Assembly (NCBI GenBank): GCA_041690135.1
Contig: JAWLHY010000002.1
Span: 1,200,342 to 1,264,341, forward strand
Reading direction: 5' to 3'
Origin: Armatimonadota bacterium
Lineage (GTDB): Bacteria > Armatimonadota > SYMT01
Length of the DNA stretch: 64,000 nucleotides
Shown: piece after piece, positions 28,179 through 38,038 of the stretch
How positions within the stretch are numbered: position 1 is the first letter of the stretch
Layout of the letters: every line of letters starts with the position of its first letter
Notes under the pieces: generated by a model
What the model saw: only the letters and a program-made list of their open reading frames with translations
Databases searched by the model: none
Told to the model about the DNA's origin: nothing
Made by a program: the position numbers and the translations under genes

Positions 28179-29405
28179 TCAGCGAGTGTTGGTCAGGATG
28201 CTGGCTATCAGGCGTTCGACGGCGTCCCGGGCGCCATGGGTGCTCACCGCCGAGGCCAGGATGTGGGCGCGTTCGGTCACTCCAGGTTGAAGAGCTTGCC
28301 CGAGTGCGTCGGTCAGCGATTCGGGTGTTGGCGTGCCCGGTGCGTGCGCGGCGCCGATACCGAGGCGCTGGACTCGCTCGGCCCAGTAGGGCTGGTCATA
28401 GACCTGGGGCAGGACGAATTGCGGCACACCGGCCAGCGCAGCGAGGGTGGTCGTTCCCGCGCCGCCGTGGTGGACGACCGCGGCCAAGCGTGGGAAGAGC
28501 GCCCGCAGGTTGGCCTCCCCGATCGCCAGGCAGTCGGGTGCATCGTCGATGAGCGACAATTCGGCCCATCCCTGCGACACGATCGCCCGGCACCCGAGGG
28601 CGCGCGCCGCCTGGATCATCACCTGGCTGAGGTCCTGCGAGGCGTGCGTGCTGCCGAAGCCGAAGTAAACGGGCGGCTCACCCGCGCTGAGGAACGCCTC
28701 CAACTCGGGGGAGAGGGGTCGTTCGTCCGGCAAGACCCAGGCGCCGGTCTGCACTACGGAGAGTTCCGTGGGCTCGGGCCAGGGCGCCAGGGTTGGGTCG
28801 GCGGCCAGCCATGGCCGGTCAGTGAAGATGTGGTGGCGCACGTTGTCGACCGGCGGCAGCCCGGCGGAAACGCGGTGGGAATTGAGCGCGGCGCTCCACA
28901 TGCCGTTCCAGCGCTGGGCATCATGCGCCCAGAGTTCGCGGTTGTCGACATCGGATGCGGTCGTCGTTCCCTGGCCGGGCCACGGAATGGGGGCGTGGTG
29001 GGGCGAGGGGAGCACGGTCGGGCAATAGGCGGCGAAGACGTAGGGGATCCCCAGCCTCTCCGCCACGGAACGTGCGGCGAGTTGTAGGGCGGTGGCTCCC
29101 ACGATGAGGTCGCACCCCTGCGCCGCCGCCGTGACGGTTTGGAACTGGGTGGCGATCGTGGCTTCCGCTATCTGGCGCAGCATCTCGGGCGTGGGCGGAG
29201 TTGCCGCGGCAGGGGGACGCGCGGCCGCTTGGCGCAACTCGGGACCGATGGGCGTAACGGAGAAGCCGAAGCTTTCGATCCACTCCCGGAAGTCGGGCGG
29301 CACGCAAAAATGCACGTCCTGACCGAGAGCCCGCAATTCCATTCCGAGCGCCACCAACGGCTGGACATCCCCCCGCGAGCCAATGGTCGAAAGCAATATA
29401 CGCAT
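28179..29405 (-). CDS. Family 1 glycosyltransferase, Rgt (rifamycin GT)/GtfA-E-like
   Basis: 'MRILLSTIGSRGDVQP', 'TDRPWLAADP', 'QTGAWVLPDERPL', 'VHHGGAGTT', 'DQPYWAERV'. Confidence 0.85.
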   Translation of the reverse strand: MRILLSTIGSRGDVQPLVALGMELRALGQDVHFCVPPDFREWIESFGFSVTPIGPELRQAAARPPAAATPPTPEMLRQIAEATIATQFQTVTAAAQGCDLIVGATALQLAARSVAERLGIPYVFAAYCPTVLPSPHHAPIPWPGQGTTTASDVDNRELWAHDAQRWNGMWSAALNSHRVSAGLPPVDNVRHHIFTDRPWLAADPTLAPWPEPTELSVVQTGAWVLPDERPLSPELEAFLSAGEPPVYFGFGSTHASQDLSQVMIQAARALGCRAIVSQGWAELSLIDDAPDCLAIGEANLRALFPRLAAVVHHGGAGTTTLAALAGVPQFVLPQVYDQPYWAERVQRLGIGAAHAPGTPTPESLTDALGQALQPGVTERAHILASAVSTHGARDAVERLIASILTNTR

Positions 29406-29436
29406 GAAAGACCTCCCAACTTTCCCAGACGAGCTA

Positions 29437-29907
29437 GGTTTACGGCCCGAGGGGCGCGGGCGCCGGATACCCGCGGAGTGGGTGTGGGCAGTCGCCGTCC
29501 GTAGCCGGAGCACCCACTTGTGGGTCGTCACTCGTCCAGCCGTAAACCCCGCCTAATCCGTGTGGGTCTGGTGCAAAGCCCAACGGCGCCGGCCCTACCC
29601 AAGAGGCCCTATGCTTCGCCGCGTGTACTCAAGCCCCGGCTACAAACGGCCGCTGTCCAACGGCGCCTGCGGTACCCAAGCGGCTCAAGCCGCGGCTACA
29701 CAAGACGAAGCCGACCTCCGTCGGCTAGAAACCTTGAAACGCTGGTGTTTCTCGGGTTGGCAAGCATTTGGATTGTGACGGATCCTTCTTCTCCAATTAC
29801 TAACCCTGCGCACGGAGCCGACGGAGGTCGGCTTCGCTGTTTGTAGCCGCGAGTTTAGTCGCCCAGCCGAGGTGTAGCCGGGGCTCCCACTTGTGGGTCG
29901 TCACTCG
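29437..29907. repeat. Cluster of GTAG-type REP-like palindromes (BIME/REPIN-like)
   Basis: Direct repeat 29501-29534 / 29874-29907 starting GTAGCCGG; inverted pair CGAAGCCGACCTCCGTCGGCT (29706-29726) / AGCCGACGGAGGTCGGCTTCG (29817-29837). Confidence 0.7.
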
Positions 29908-29940
29908 CCCAATATACTCGGCTTACCGATGCGCTACCGG

Positions 29941-31446
29941 TTACCGTGCCGCCCCCGGCCGCCGGGCGGCGCGGCCACTCGGTTTCGCGGGGTCATAGCG
30001 CGGGTTGGGGGTGGTGAACTTCGCTCCCACTTCTTGCTGCCACTGCTTCAGTTCTGCCTGCAACTGCCGCACGCGGTCGGGGTGCTCCCGGCTCAGGTCG
30101 CGCTGTTCCCCGGGGTCGGAGCGGAGGTTGTAGAGCTCCACGGTCGGGCCCTCGTCCCAGGCGACCAGTTTCCAGTCGCCCCGCACCACGGCTGATCCGG
30201 GAGCGCCGCCCTGGTTGCCGTAGTGGGGATAATGCCAGAACAGCGACCGCTCCGGCAACGGGCTCGTGCCGCGCAGCAGCGGAACCAGACTGCGGCCATC
30301 CAGCTTCACGCTGGCCGGCGCTGGGGCCTTCGCGCCTTCCAGCAGGGTGGGGAAGAAGTCGGGGCTGGATACCGGCGTGTCGATCTGCTTTCCGGGAGCG
30401 GCCACCCCCGGCCAGCGGATCAGGAGCGGCTCCCGGATGCCTCCCTCGTACAGCCAGCCCTTCCCGCCTCGCAGCGGGCTGTTGGAGGTGGGCCAACCTT
30501 CGCTGGTGGAAAGCCCCCCGTTATCGGAGGTGAAGACCACAATCGTGTTCTCGCGCAGCCCCAGCTCGTCTACCTTGCGCAGCACCTTGCCCACCGCCTG
30601 GTCCATCGCCTCCACCATCCCGGCGTAAACAGCGTGTTCCTGCACCAGCCGGACGTCCCGCTCGCCCTCACGGCCCCACTTCGCGGTCAGTCCCAGCCGC
30701 TGCCGTTTGGCCTCGTATTTCTCCTTCAGGTCCGGTCGCGCCATCAGCGGCGTGTGCACGTCGTAGAAGGAGAAGTAAGCCAGGAACGGCTCCTTGCGGT
30801 GGGCCTCCATGAAGCGGTTGGTCTCGGTCGCCAGCCGGTCCGGCAGGTGCTCGCCGGGAGGGCCGTCCTCCAGGCGGGGGTTCCCGTAGGGGGAGAAGTA
30901 CTTCCCGCCCCCGTAGGGACCGCCGCGCTCGTGGCCGCCCCGGTTCACGTCGAACCCCTGCTTCTCCGGATAGAACGGCTCGTTGCCCAGGTGCCACTTC
31001 CCGGCGAAGAAGGTGGCATACCCGGCGCCCTTGAGCGCCTCCGCCAGCGTCACCTCTTCCAGGCCCAACTCCAGACGATAGGGAGCGGGGAGAAGACGGG
31101 TGTTGCGGTTCCAGCGGTCCGGCTGCGCCGCCCCGATGTAATCCGTAACGCCCGTGCGCTGGGGATAGCGGCCGGTCAGGATCGAGGCCCGGGTGGGGGA
31201 GCAGACCGGGCAGGCGGCGTAGGCGCGGGTGAACCGGGCGCTTTCCTGGGCCAGGCGGTCGAGGTTGGGGGTCTCGTAGAAGCTGCTGCCGCTGAAGCCG
31301 AGGTCACGAGCCCCCAGATCGTCCACGAGGAAGAAGAGGATGTTGGGTGGGCGGTCGGCGGTGGCCCGGCGGGCTGCCAGCAGCGGCATGGCGAGCGAGG
31401 CGAGCAGCACCCCGGCGCCCGCGAGCAAGCGATGGAACCTCTTCAT
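29941..31446 (-). CDS. Sulfatase (Cys-type, S1)
   Basis: 'PNILFFLVDDLG', 'CSPTRASILTG', 'GKWHLG', 'TSDNGG'; signal peptide. Confidence 0.95.
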   Translation of the reverse strand: MKRFHRLLAGAGVLLASLAMPLLAARRATADRPPNILFFLVDDLGARDLGFSGSSFYETPNLDRLAQESARFTRAYAACPVCSPTRASILTGRYPQRTGVTDYIGAAQPDRWNRNTRLLPAPYRLELGLEEVTLAEALKGAGYATFFAGKWHLGNEPFYPEKQGFDVNRGGHERGGPYGGGKYFSPYGNPRLEDGPPGEHLPDRLATETNRFMEAHRKEPFLAYFSFYDVHTPLMARPDLKEKYEAKRQRLGLTAKWGREGERDVRLVQEHAVYAGMVEAMDQAVGKVLRKVDELGLRENTIVVFTSDNGGLSTSEGWPTSNSPLRGGKGWLYEGGIREPLLIRWPGVAAPGKQIDTPVSSPDFFPTLLEGAKAPAPASVKLDGRSLVPLLRGTSPLPERSLFWHYPHYGNQGGAPGSAVVRGDWKLVAWDEGPTVELYNLRSDPGEQRDLSREHPDRVRQLQAELKQWQQEVGAKFTTPNPRYDPAKPSGRAARRPGAAR

Positions 31447-31578
31447 CCGATCCTCCCCACCCGCCGCTGTTTCCTCGGCGCACCCGCGGGATCTCCAATG
31501 TCCCGCGCGCCAGTTCGGCGTCACCAGGAGAGTTTCGCGTAGTGAGACTCAGATTCATTCCCGCCTTGTACCCCAGGA

Positions 31579-31992
31579 TCAAGGCTTTTGGGGTTTCCAG
31601 AACTCACCAAGACGGAACTGGTACGTCACGCCCTCGCCGACCTGGCCATTTCCCCAGAGGGTGAAGACGGTATCCGCCACCTTCTCTTCTGGAACCGTGA
31701 AACGGAAAGTCCAGAGCTTGCCGTCTTCCTCCAGTTTCACCGGCGTCCCCAGGCTCTTCCGCTCTGTCTCCGAGTTTGTGAGAAAGGCTCGCCGCCCGGG
31801 CAGGGAGATGTTGCGGACATCCCGCTGGATCACGAACTCCACGCTGTCGTTCCGCGCCTCGCGGGCCTTCAGCCGGAACGTGCCCTTCTCGATGTTCTGG
31901 GGGGTCACCTTCGCCAGTGAGGTGAGCGCCCACGCTGCCGAGCTTCCCGCCAGGAGCCCCGCCGCCGCGAGCCCCGCGAATAATCTTTTCAC
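31579..31992 (-). CDS. Small secreted hypothetical protein (paralog of 36279-36677)
   Basis: Signal peptide; shared motifs 'VTP.N', 'VEFVI.RDV', 'SLGTPVKLE', 'WTFRF', 'GEGVT'. Confidence 0.8.
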   Translation of the reverse strand: MKRLFAGLAAAGLLAGSSAAWALTSLAKVTPQNIEKGTFRLKAREARNDSVEFVIQRDVRNISLPGRRAFLTNSETERKSLGTPVKLEEDGKLWTFRFTVPEEKVADTVFTLWGNGQVGEGVTYQFRLGEFWKPQKP

Positions 31993-32148
31993 TCTTTGCC
32001 TCCTCCTCTCCGGCGCGTTCCCGCGCCTCTCCGGGTTACTGCCGGATAGATGCGAGGCGGCCCGGGAAGGTTACACCGCGCCGGAGAGAGCCCCGCGGCC
32101 GATGCCGGGAGCCCCGGCATGGTTTTCAAAGGCGCTCTCGCGCTGCGG

Positions 32149-34146
32149 CTAACCTGCGTCGGGAAGCAGGCTCCGCAGCGCGCGGGCGGCCTGGCGAGCC
32201 AGTTGACCTCGGGTCGGTGTCGTGCCTTCCAGGTGCAGTTCCGCGGAGACCTCCGGGCGAGCGCCGATCGGCCGCACCTCCGCGAGCCGCATGCGGACCG
32301 CCTCGATCTCCGCGGGTCGCGTTTTTCGCTCCGGCCCAAACTCCGGCCCCGGCGAGTCCATCAGGCCGTAGAGGGTAGCGAGCTGGACCTCCTTCCAGGT
32401 TTGCGTGCCGTGTGGGAGATCGGGATAGTAGTCAAGGGAGAGGGTGCTGCCGGCATCCAGGAGAGTCTCCTGGACGAGGAGGGGCGGGACTGAACCCGGC
32501 GCGCACCGCAGGTGGACCGCCAGGGCGGCGATGGCGCCGGCGGCCTGTCCGGTAAGCATCGTGCTGGGTTGGAGGCGGGTGGCGCCGCTCGCCAGCCGGG
32601 ACTGCGACAGGTTCTTCTCCGCGGCCACGAAGCCGTCCACCCCCTCCGGGGTGAAGCATTCGAACGGGATCTGGAACGGACCGTAACCCCACTGGATCCA
32701 CCGGGCCGGGAGGTCTTCCGGCAGGTCCAGGTCCGCTTCGATGGAGGTGGCGGGGTCCAGCGCGCCGTGCACGTCGATCGGGTAGTCCCCGAGAGCCACG
32801 GCCGTTGGGAAGCGGACCGGGCGGTTGGCGCCGTTGCGGCGGATGTCGCGCGCCTTGAGGGCATAGGCTCCCACGATCCGGCGGCTCTCTCGCACGTAAG
32901 CCATCACCGGGAAGTGATCCAGCACGTCCCGGTAGGGCGCCAGCTCGGGCCGGCGGCGGATCAGCGCAACATTCCGGGCGCGGTTGTACGGGGTGTTGTA
33001 GCCGAGGTCGTCGGCCACGGACCAGTCCGTCTTGCCGAGGACGTTCTGGAAGTAGTAGATCACCCCCAGGGTTCGGAGACGGCACTGCACCTCCGCCTCT
33101 TCTCTACGGCGGGGGTCCTCCACGTCGCGGGCATCGAAGGGGTGGTCATTCGGTGTGAAGTTGATATGGGTCCGTGTGAGGGGGAGATCGGTGCCGTTCC
33201 GCGCGTTGAGCGGCAGGGCGGAGTCCGGCATCCCGCGATACCGGAGGAAGCGGGTCCAGTTCCACGGCCGGCGCGGGGAGCCGTCCCCCTCCAGGGAGAG
33301 GTGGCCGCGGAGCTCGCGCTCGTGATAGCCGGGAGGGGGAGTCTTCACCCGTAGCCGCTCCGGGGCACCGCCGGGATAGTGCCGGATGCTGGCGGTCCAG
33401 GTATTCGGCTGGACCGGTGGGGCCGGGTCGCCCTCGCCCCATGGGCGGTCCCAGATCCGGTTCCCCAGCCGGTAGCGGAGCCCGGCCAGCGGCAACAGAT
33501 CGCCGTACTCCGTGGCATCGATCAGGACCGTGGAGGCGATCCGCCGCGTGACAGGGCGCGCTCCGCCCTCAATCGAGAGCGTCACGCCGGTGATCCGGTC
33601 GCCTTCCCGCTGGACCCGCGTCACCTCCGTGCGGAGCGAGAGATCGAGCACCACGGCTCCCCGGCCGGGAAACCGGAGCCGGCGCGTGTCTCGCAGGATG
33701 TCGTACAGGAGTTCCTGGGCGACGTGTGGCTCGACGGAAAAATGGTCTTCCGATACCGCGCTGGTGTCGGTGGACTGGCCGAGAGCGCGGTAAAAGGCCA
33801 CCGCGCGCCGGTGGAACTCTCCGTAGACGCCGCGCTCCCGGACGCGGGCGCGCGGGGGGTATCCCTCATCCATGCTGGAGACGCCCGCCGCGGTCATCTG
33901 GCCGCCGATCCAGTCGGTGGACTCCACCAGCAGCACGCTCGCACCCAGCCGCGCCGCCTGAAGCGCGGCCGCCGCGCCTCCGGTCCCCGCCCCGGCCACG
34001 ATTACGTCGTAGTGCTCCCGCAGCCGCTCGGGCGGAGTGCCGTGAGTCTTACTGGGGTCGGGGGTGCCTCCGCCCTGTGCCCAGCCGGGTAATGGGCCCA
34101 GCAGCGAAAGCCCGGCCCCCTGCATCACCTGTCGTCGTGTCGTCAT
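32149..34146 (-). CDS. Tat-exported FAD-dependent oxidoreductase
   Basis: TRR Tat motif; 'DVIVAGAGTGG', 'WIGGQMTAAGVS', 'IDATEYGDL', 'YVRESRR', 'TRLQP'. Confidence 0.9.
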   Translation of the reverse strand: MTTRRQVMQGAGLSLLGPLPGWAQGGGTPDPSKTHGTPPERLREHYDVIVAGAGTGGAAAALQAARLGASVLLVESTDWIGGQMTAAGVSSMDEGYPPRARVRERGVYGEFHRRAVAFYRALGQSTDTSAVSEDHFSVEPHVAQELLYDILRDTRRLRFPGRGAVVLDLSLRTEVTRVQREGDRITGVTLSIEGGARPVTRRIASTVLIDATEYGDLLPLAGLRYRLGNRIWDRPWGEGDPAPPVQPNTWTASIRHYPGGAPERLRVKTPPPGYHERELRGHLSLEGDGSPRRPWNWTRFLRYRGMPDSALPLNARNGTDLPLTRTHINFTPNDHPFDARDVEDPRRREEAEVQCRLRTLGVIYYFQNVLGKTDWSVADDLGYNTPYNRARNVALIRRRPELAPYRDVLDHFPVMAYVRESRRIVGAYALKARDIRRNGANRPVRFPTAVALGDYPIDVHGALDPATSIEADLDLPEDLPARWIQWGYGPFQIPFECFTPEGVDGFVAAEKNLSQSRLASGATRLQPSTMLTGQAAGAIAALAVHLRCAPGSVPPLLVQETLLDAGSTLSLDYYPDLPHGTQTWKEVQLATLYGLMDSPGPEFGPERKTRPAEIEAVRMRLAEVRPIGARPEVSAELHLEGTTPTRGQLARQAARALRSLLPDAG

Positions 34147-34253
34147 CTTCACCCTCCACCGCTTCACACACCGTATCTACTTCCCGGCGCTGCGCCCTCG
34201 GACCTCCAGGTTCTGCTTGCGCCGTGCCGGCGGGCCGTGCTAGGCTAGGGGCA

Positions 34254-34307
34254 ATGATTTCCCGTCTCACCCTTTGCCCCATCGCGATTATTTCGTCCGT
34301 CAATTGA
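34254..34307 (+). CDS. Putative ilvA attenuator leader peptide MISRLTLCPIAIISSVN
   Basis: 17 codons with 4 Ile (I-A-I-I cluster), directly before a terminator and ilvA. Confidence 0.7.
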   Translation: MISRLTLCPIAIISSVN

Positions 34308-34377
34308 CGGACGGTTTTTCGCGCGACATTCAGTTGAACAGCCCCGCGAAGGCCCTCCGTCCGGAGGGCCTTTTTTG
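34294..34377 (+). terminator. Attenuator: pause hairpin and intrinsic terminator
   Basis: Palindrome CGTCCGTCAATTGACGGACG (34294-34313); terminator AAGGCCCTCC-GTCC-GGAGGGCCTT-TTTT (34349-34376). Confidence 0.8.
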
Positions 34378-34392
34378 TTGCTCCATCTTGCT

Positions 34393-35646
34393 ATGCCACA
34401 CCCGGAATTCAGCCTGGACCTGATCCACGAGGCGACGGAACGCCTCCGGCCCATCGTGACCCGCACGCCACTGGAGCGCAACGAGCGTCTTTCCCGACGT
34501 TACGGCGCGGAGATCTTCTTGAAGCGGGAAGATTTGCAGGTGGTACGGAGTTATAAGCTGCGCGGCGCGTACAACCGGATCGCCGTTCTGACCCCGCGCG
34601 AGCGGAAACGGGGGGTGGTGTGCGCCAGTGCCGGCAACCACGCGCAAGGGGTAGCCTTTGCCTGCGCCCGGCTGGGTATCCCAGGTACCGTCTTCATGCC
34701 GGCCAATACGCCCCGGCAAAAGGTGGCGCGGGTCCGTTCCTTCGGCGGTGCGACGGTATCGGTCCGCTTGGCCGGGGATACCTTCGATGCCGCCAAGGAC
34801 GCGGCACTGCGGGAAGCCGCCACGACCGGAGCCGCCTTCATCGACCCGTTTGACGATGCGCGGGTCATTGCCGGGCAGGCGACGGTGGGCGTGGAGATCG
34901 TGGCGCAAGGAGCTGCGCCGGCGGATTGGGTAGTGGGACCGATTGGCGGTGGCGGGTTGATGGCCGGGTTGGGCATCTATCTCAAGCACGTTTGGCCCAC
35001 CGTGCGCCTGGTGGGTGTGGAACCCGAGGGAGCCGCCTCGATGGAGGCCGCCTTTACCCACGGCGGGCCGGTGACGTTGGAGACGCTGGACACGTTTGTG
35101 GATGGGGCGGCCGTGCGGCGGGTGGGGGCTCTCCCTTACATGCTGTGCCGGGCGGTGCTGGACGGCCTGCAAACAGTGGAAGCGGGGGCCAACTGCAGCA
35201 CCATGATCGAGCTGTACCAGAACGAGGGGATCGTAACCGAACCGGCCGGCGCGCTCGCCATTAGTGCCCTGGACGCTCTGGCGGACGAGATTACAGGGCA
35301 GCGGGTCGTCTGTATCGTCAGCGGGGGCAATAACGACCTGGCCCGCTATCCGGAGATTCTGGAGCGCAGCCTGGTTCACCAGGGCCTGAAGCACTATTTT
35401 CTGATCGACTTTGCGCAGCGGCCCGGCGCCCTGCGCCGCTACCTGGACGAAGCGCTGGGGCCGGACGACGATATCACCCTCTTTGAATACGTGAAGAAGA
35501 ACAACCGGGAGTTCGGGCCCGCGCTGGTCGGCATTGAACTGGCGGACCCGGACCAACTCTCGCCGCTGCTGGCCCGGATGGACGGCCTGGGCATGGCTTA
35601 CGAGCGGCTGGACCCCGCCAACCCACTGCGGCGGTTCCTGGTGTAA
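34393..35646 (+). CDS. ilvA: Threonine ammonia-lyase, biosynthetic (short form)
   Basis: 'LKREDLQVVRSYKLRGA', 'SAGNHAQG', 'SGGNND', single ACT-like C-terminal region. Confidence 0.95.
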   Translation: MPHPEFSLDLIHEATERLRPIVTRTPLERNERLSRRYGAEIFLKREDLQVVRSYKLRGAYNRIAVLTPRERKRGVVCASAGNHAQGVAFACARLGIPGTVFMPANTPRQKVARVRSFGGATVSVRLAGDTFDAAKDAALREAATTGAAFIDPFDDARVIAGQATVGVEIVAQGAAPADWVVGPIGGGGLMAGLGIYLKHVWPTVRLVGVEPEGAASMEAAFTHGGPVTLETLDTFVDGAAVRRVGALPYMLCRAVLDGLQTVEAGANCSTMIELYQNEGIVTEPAGALAISALDALADEITGQRVVCIVSGGNNDLARYPEILERSLVHQGLKHYFLIDFAQRPGALRRYLDEALGPDDDITLFEYVKKNNREFGPALVGIELADPDQLSPLLARMDGLGMAYERLDPANPLRRFLV

Positions 35647-35852
35647 GGGTTGCGGGTCCTACCCCTTTTCGCAAGATCCGGTACGGGGTCGTTCGCGACA
35701 GACGCGGCTGGCCACACGACTGTAAGGCTGCGTGCCAGATCTTGACGAAGTTGGACCGCCAACCCGGCTTGACGGGCGATCGTTCAGAAAGCTCGCTTCC
35801 ACCGGGAACGCCTCCGGACTACACTGATTGAGAATACATGTTGGGAGCCTTC

Positions 35853-36275
35853 ATGATCAGACCCTATGAGAGCGGCGATACCGAAGCGATCATTGACGTG
35901 TGGTATCAAGCATCCATCCGTGCCCACGACTTCGTGCCGGCCGAATTCTGGGAAGCGGAAGTGGAGAATATACGGAACACGTATCTCCCCCTCGCACAGA
36001 CCTGGGTCTACGAGAGCGATGGTAAGGTCGTTGGGTTCATCTCTCTCCTGGATGATCACATCGGAGGGCTCTTCGTACATCCGGAGCAGCAGGGAAAGGG
36101 TGTTGGGACGGAGCTCATTCAATTTGCCCGGGAACTGCGAGGCTGGCTGTCACTCCTGGTATTCAAAGAGAATGCCCGGTCGCGCGCTTTCTATGAGAAG
36201 TGTGGATTCAGCGCGAAGGAAGAGAGCCTTCATGAGCCCACGGGCTGCGTTCAGGTGAGAATGGAACTCCCGTAG
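35853..36275 (+). CDS. GNAT family N-acetyltransferase
   Basis: 'LFVHPEQQGKGVG', 'N.RSRAFYEKCGF'. Confidence 0.9.
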   Translation: MIRPYESGDTEAIIDVWYQASIRAHDFVPAEFWEAEVENIRNTYLPLAQTWVYESDGKVVGFISLLDDHIGGLFVHPEQQGKGVGTELIQFARELRGWLSLLVFKENARSRAFYEKCGFSAKEESLHEPTGCVQVRMELP

Positions 36276-36278
36276 CGC

Positions 36279-36677
36279 TCATCGAAACTCGCCCATGTGG
36301 AAGCGGAACGTCACGCCTTCACCGTATAAGCCCTGCCCCCACAGGGTGAACTGGCGTTTTGCGACCTCTTTCGCGGGAACCGAGAAGCGGAAGGTCCAGA
36401 GTGTGCCGTCCCGCTCCAGCTTCACCGGCGTTCCCAGGCTCCGCGAATTGACGGCGAGTGTCGAGACGTAGCCGCGGGATCCGGGTCCCTTGATGCCGCT
36501 CACGTCCCGGCGGATCACGAACTCCACATGGTGGTCGCCGGACGCTTTGCTGGAAAGCTGGAAGCCATGTTCCTTGAGGTTCTTCGGCGTCACGTGTACG
36601 AGCGCGGTGTCCGCGCGGGCCGCGGTGGTGACCCACAAGAGGCCTGCTGCGGCCAGACCAGCAACAATCCATTTCAT
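36279..36677 (-). CDS. Small secreted hypothetical protein (paralog of 31579-31992)
   Basis: Signal peptide and shared motifs; RBS GGAGG. Confidence 0.8.
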   Translation of the reverse strand: MKWIVAGLAAAGLLWVTTAARADTALVHVTPKNLKEHGFQLSSKASGDHHVEFVIRRDVSGIKGPGSRGYVSTLAVNSRSLGTPVKLERDGTLWTFRFSVPAKEVAKRQFTLWGQGLYGEGVTFRFHMGEFR

Positions 36678-37140
36678 CTTTCACCTCCCCGACCCGGGGC
36701 GCTCGCCTGTGCCCTTGTGGTCCCATCCGGTTAGATGCGAGGCGTTCACGGAGGTTACGCTGGTGCCGCTGGCTCATTCTAATCTGGAGCCCATCGAGAA
36801 GCACTGGCTGCGGTCCGGGTGGCTCTCAAGTACAGGGGTTGGCCGCTGTCCGGCCACATCGCCACGGTTGGCACCTGCCAGTGCCTGGGAAGCGGTGTTT
36901 CCCATCCGCGGTACGGCTCCGCCGCGAAACTCAGCGAGGCCGTGCTGGAAATGCTGCGTGGGGCGGATGCGTCCGCCTTCCTCCAGGTGGTGGGCCCGGA
37001 GGGTCCGTTCCACGGTACCGATGCCCATGTCGCGGTCGGCTACCGGCTTCACTCCTGTTCCTGGTACGGCCGGGGTTCTGGCTGTCGTTCCGTCACATCT
37101 ACATCGGCAAGTAGGGCTGGAATTTCTCGAGGATACAGAA

Positions 37141-37710
37141 GTGAGAACCGACGAGATCAAAGATCGCGACAGCTTGCTCTCCGCACTGCGAGGGGGACTG
37201 GAACCGGAGTATCTCTTCTTCTGGGGGCACAAACCTCTGCCGGGAGGGAAGATCGGTAAACCCTGTCTTTCGCAGTGGTGGCCGGCGACCTTTACCCTGG
37301 AAGGCGAGCGCTATCCCACGGCCGAGCACTTCATGATGGCCGAGAAGGCGATGCTCTTTGAAGATGCCGAGGTGCGAGCCAGGATTCTCCAGGCGGCGAG
37401 CCCCAGCGCCGCGAAGCGGCTCGGTCGCCAGGTGCGGGGGTTCCAACAAGACCGCTGGGAAGAGGCGCGCAGCGAAATCGTGGTCCGGGGCAACCTCGCC
37501 AAGTTCTCGCAGAACCCCCTACTGCGCGACTTCCTGCTCGACACGGGAGATCGGGTGCTGGTGGAGGCGAGCCCCGTGGACCGGATCTGGGGCATCGGCC
37601 TGGCTGCCGATGATCCCCGGGCGGAGAACCCGGAGCAGTGGCGGGGTCTCAACCTGCTCGGCTTTGCCCTGATGGAGGTCCGGTGGTTGCTACGGGAGCC
37701 CGCAGAATGA
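37141..37710 (+). CDS. NADAR (YbiA/DUF1768) family protein
   Basis: 'LFFWGH...CLSQWW...TAEHFMMAEKA...KFSQN...LVEASPVDRIWGIG...GLNLLG'. Confidence 0.92.
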   Translation: MRTDEIKDRDSLLSALRGGLEPEYLFFWGHKPLPGGKIGKPCLSQWWPATFTLEGERYPTAEHFMMAEKAMLFEDAEVRARILQAASPSAAKRLGRQVRGFQQDRWEEARSEIVVRGNLAKFSQNPLLRDFLLDTGDRVLVEASPVDRIWGIGLAADDPRAENPEQWRGLNLLGFALMEVRWLLREPAE

Positions 37711-37784
37711 CGCTCCCGGTAGTGCACAGGCACCTCCGCAGAGTATGCGGGAACTGCGAGCATTTCTTACTACTGGAGAAGCCT

Positions 37785-38024
37785 ATGCCACGTCCACGTC
37801 CGCGAGTTGTTCCGGTCAAGCTCCCCTTGTTCGATTATGAAGGCTGGGCCGCGCGATTGGTGAAGAGCATCCGTCACGGCCAACCCGTGGAGGCTGCCAT
37901 CGGCTCGGTGGAAGCGTATGCGCGAGAGGTGCGGGATGTCGAATGCGCCCGCGAGGCCGCACGCCTAGTGGGATTTGACGCGGACCAGATCCGGACCCGC
38001 TCGTTCACGGCAACTGAGGTCTGA
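37785..38024 (+). CDS. Small hypothetical protein
   Basis: GGAGA RBS before ATG 37785; 79 aa; no recognisable motif. Confidence 0.4.
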   Translation: MPRPRPRVVPVKLPLFDYEGWAARLVKSIRHGQPVEAAIGSVEAYAREVRDVECAREAARLVGFDADQIRTRSFTATEV

Positions 38025-38038
38025 ATGTAGAAGCGTGA

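Noticed and set aside
29406-29500. Rifamycin-associated element (RAE) upstream of the Rgt-like gene
   Set aside because: No match to the GGGGCTTGCGGCAAGGCCC-type palindrome was seen
29437-29907. Possible CRISPR array
   Set aside because: Only two 34-bp direct repeats, 373 bp apart, mixed with inverted units; no regular spacers and no cas genes
36700-37140. Possible small gene between the secreted protein and NADAR
   Set aside because: Several overlapping frames, none with a recognisable motif or convincing RBS
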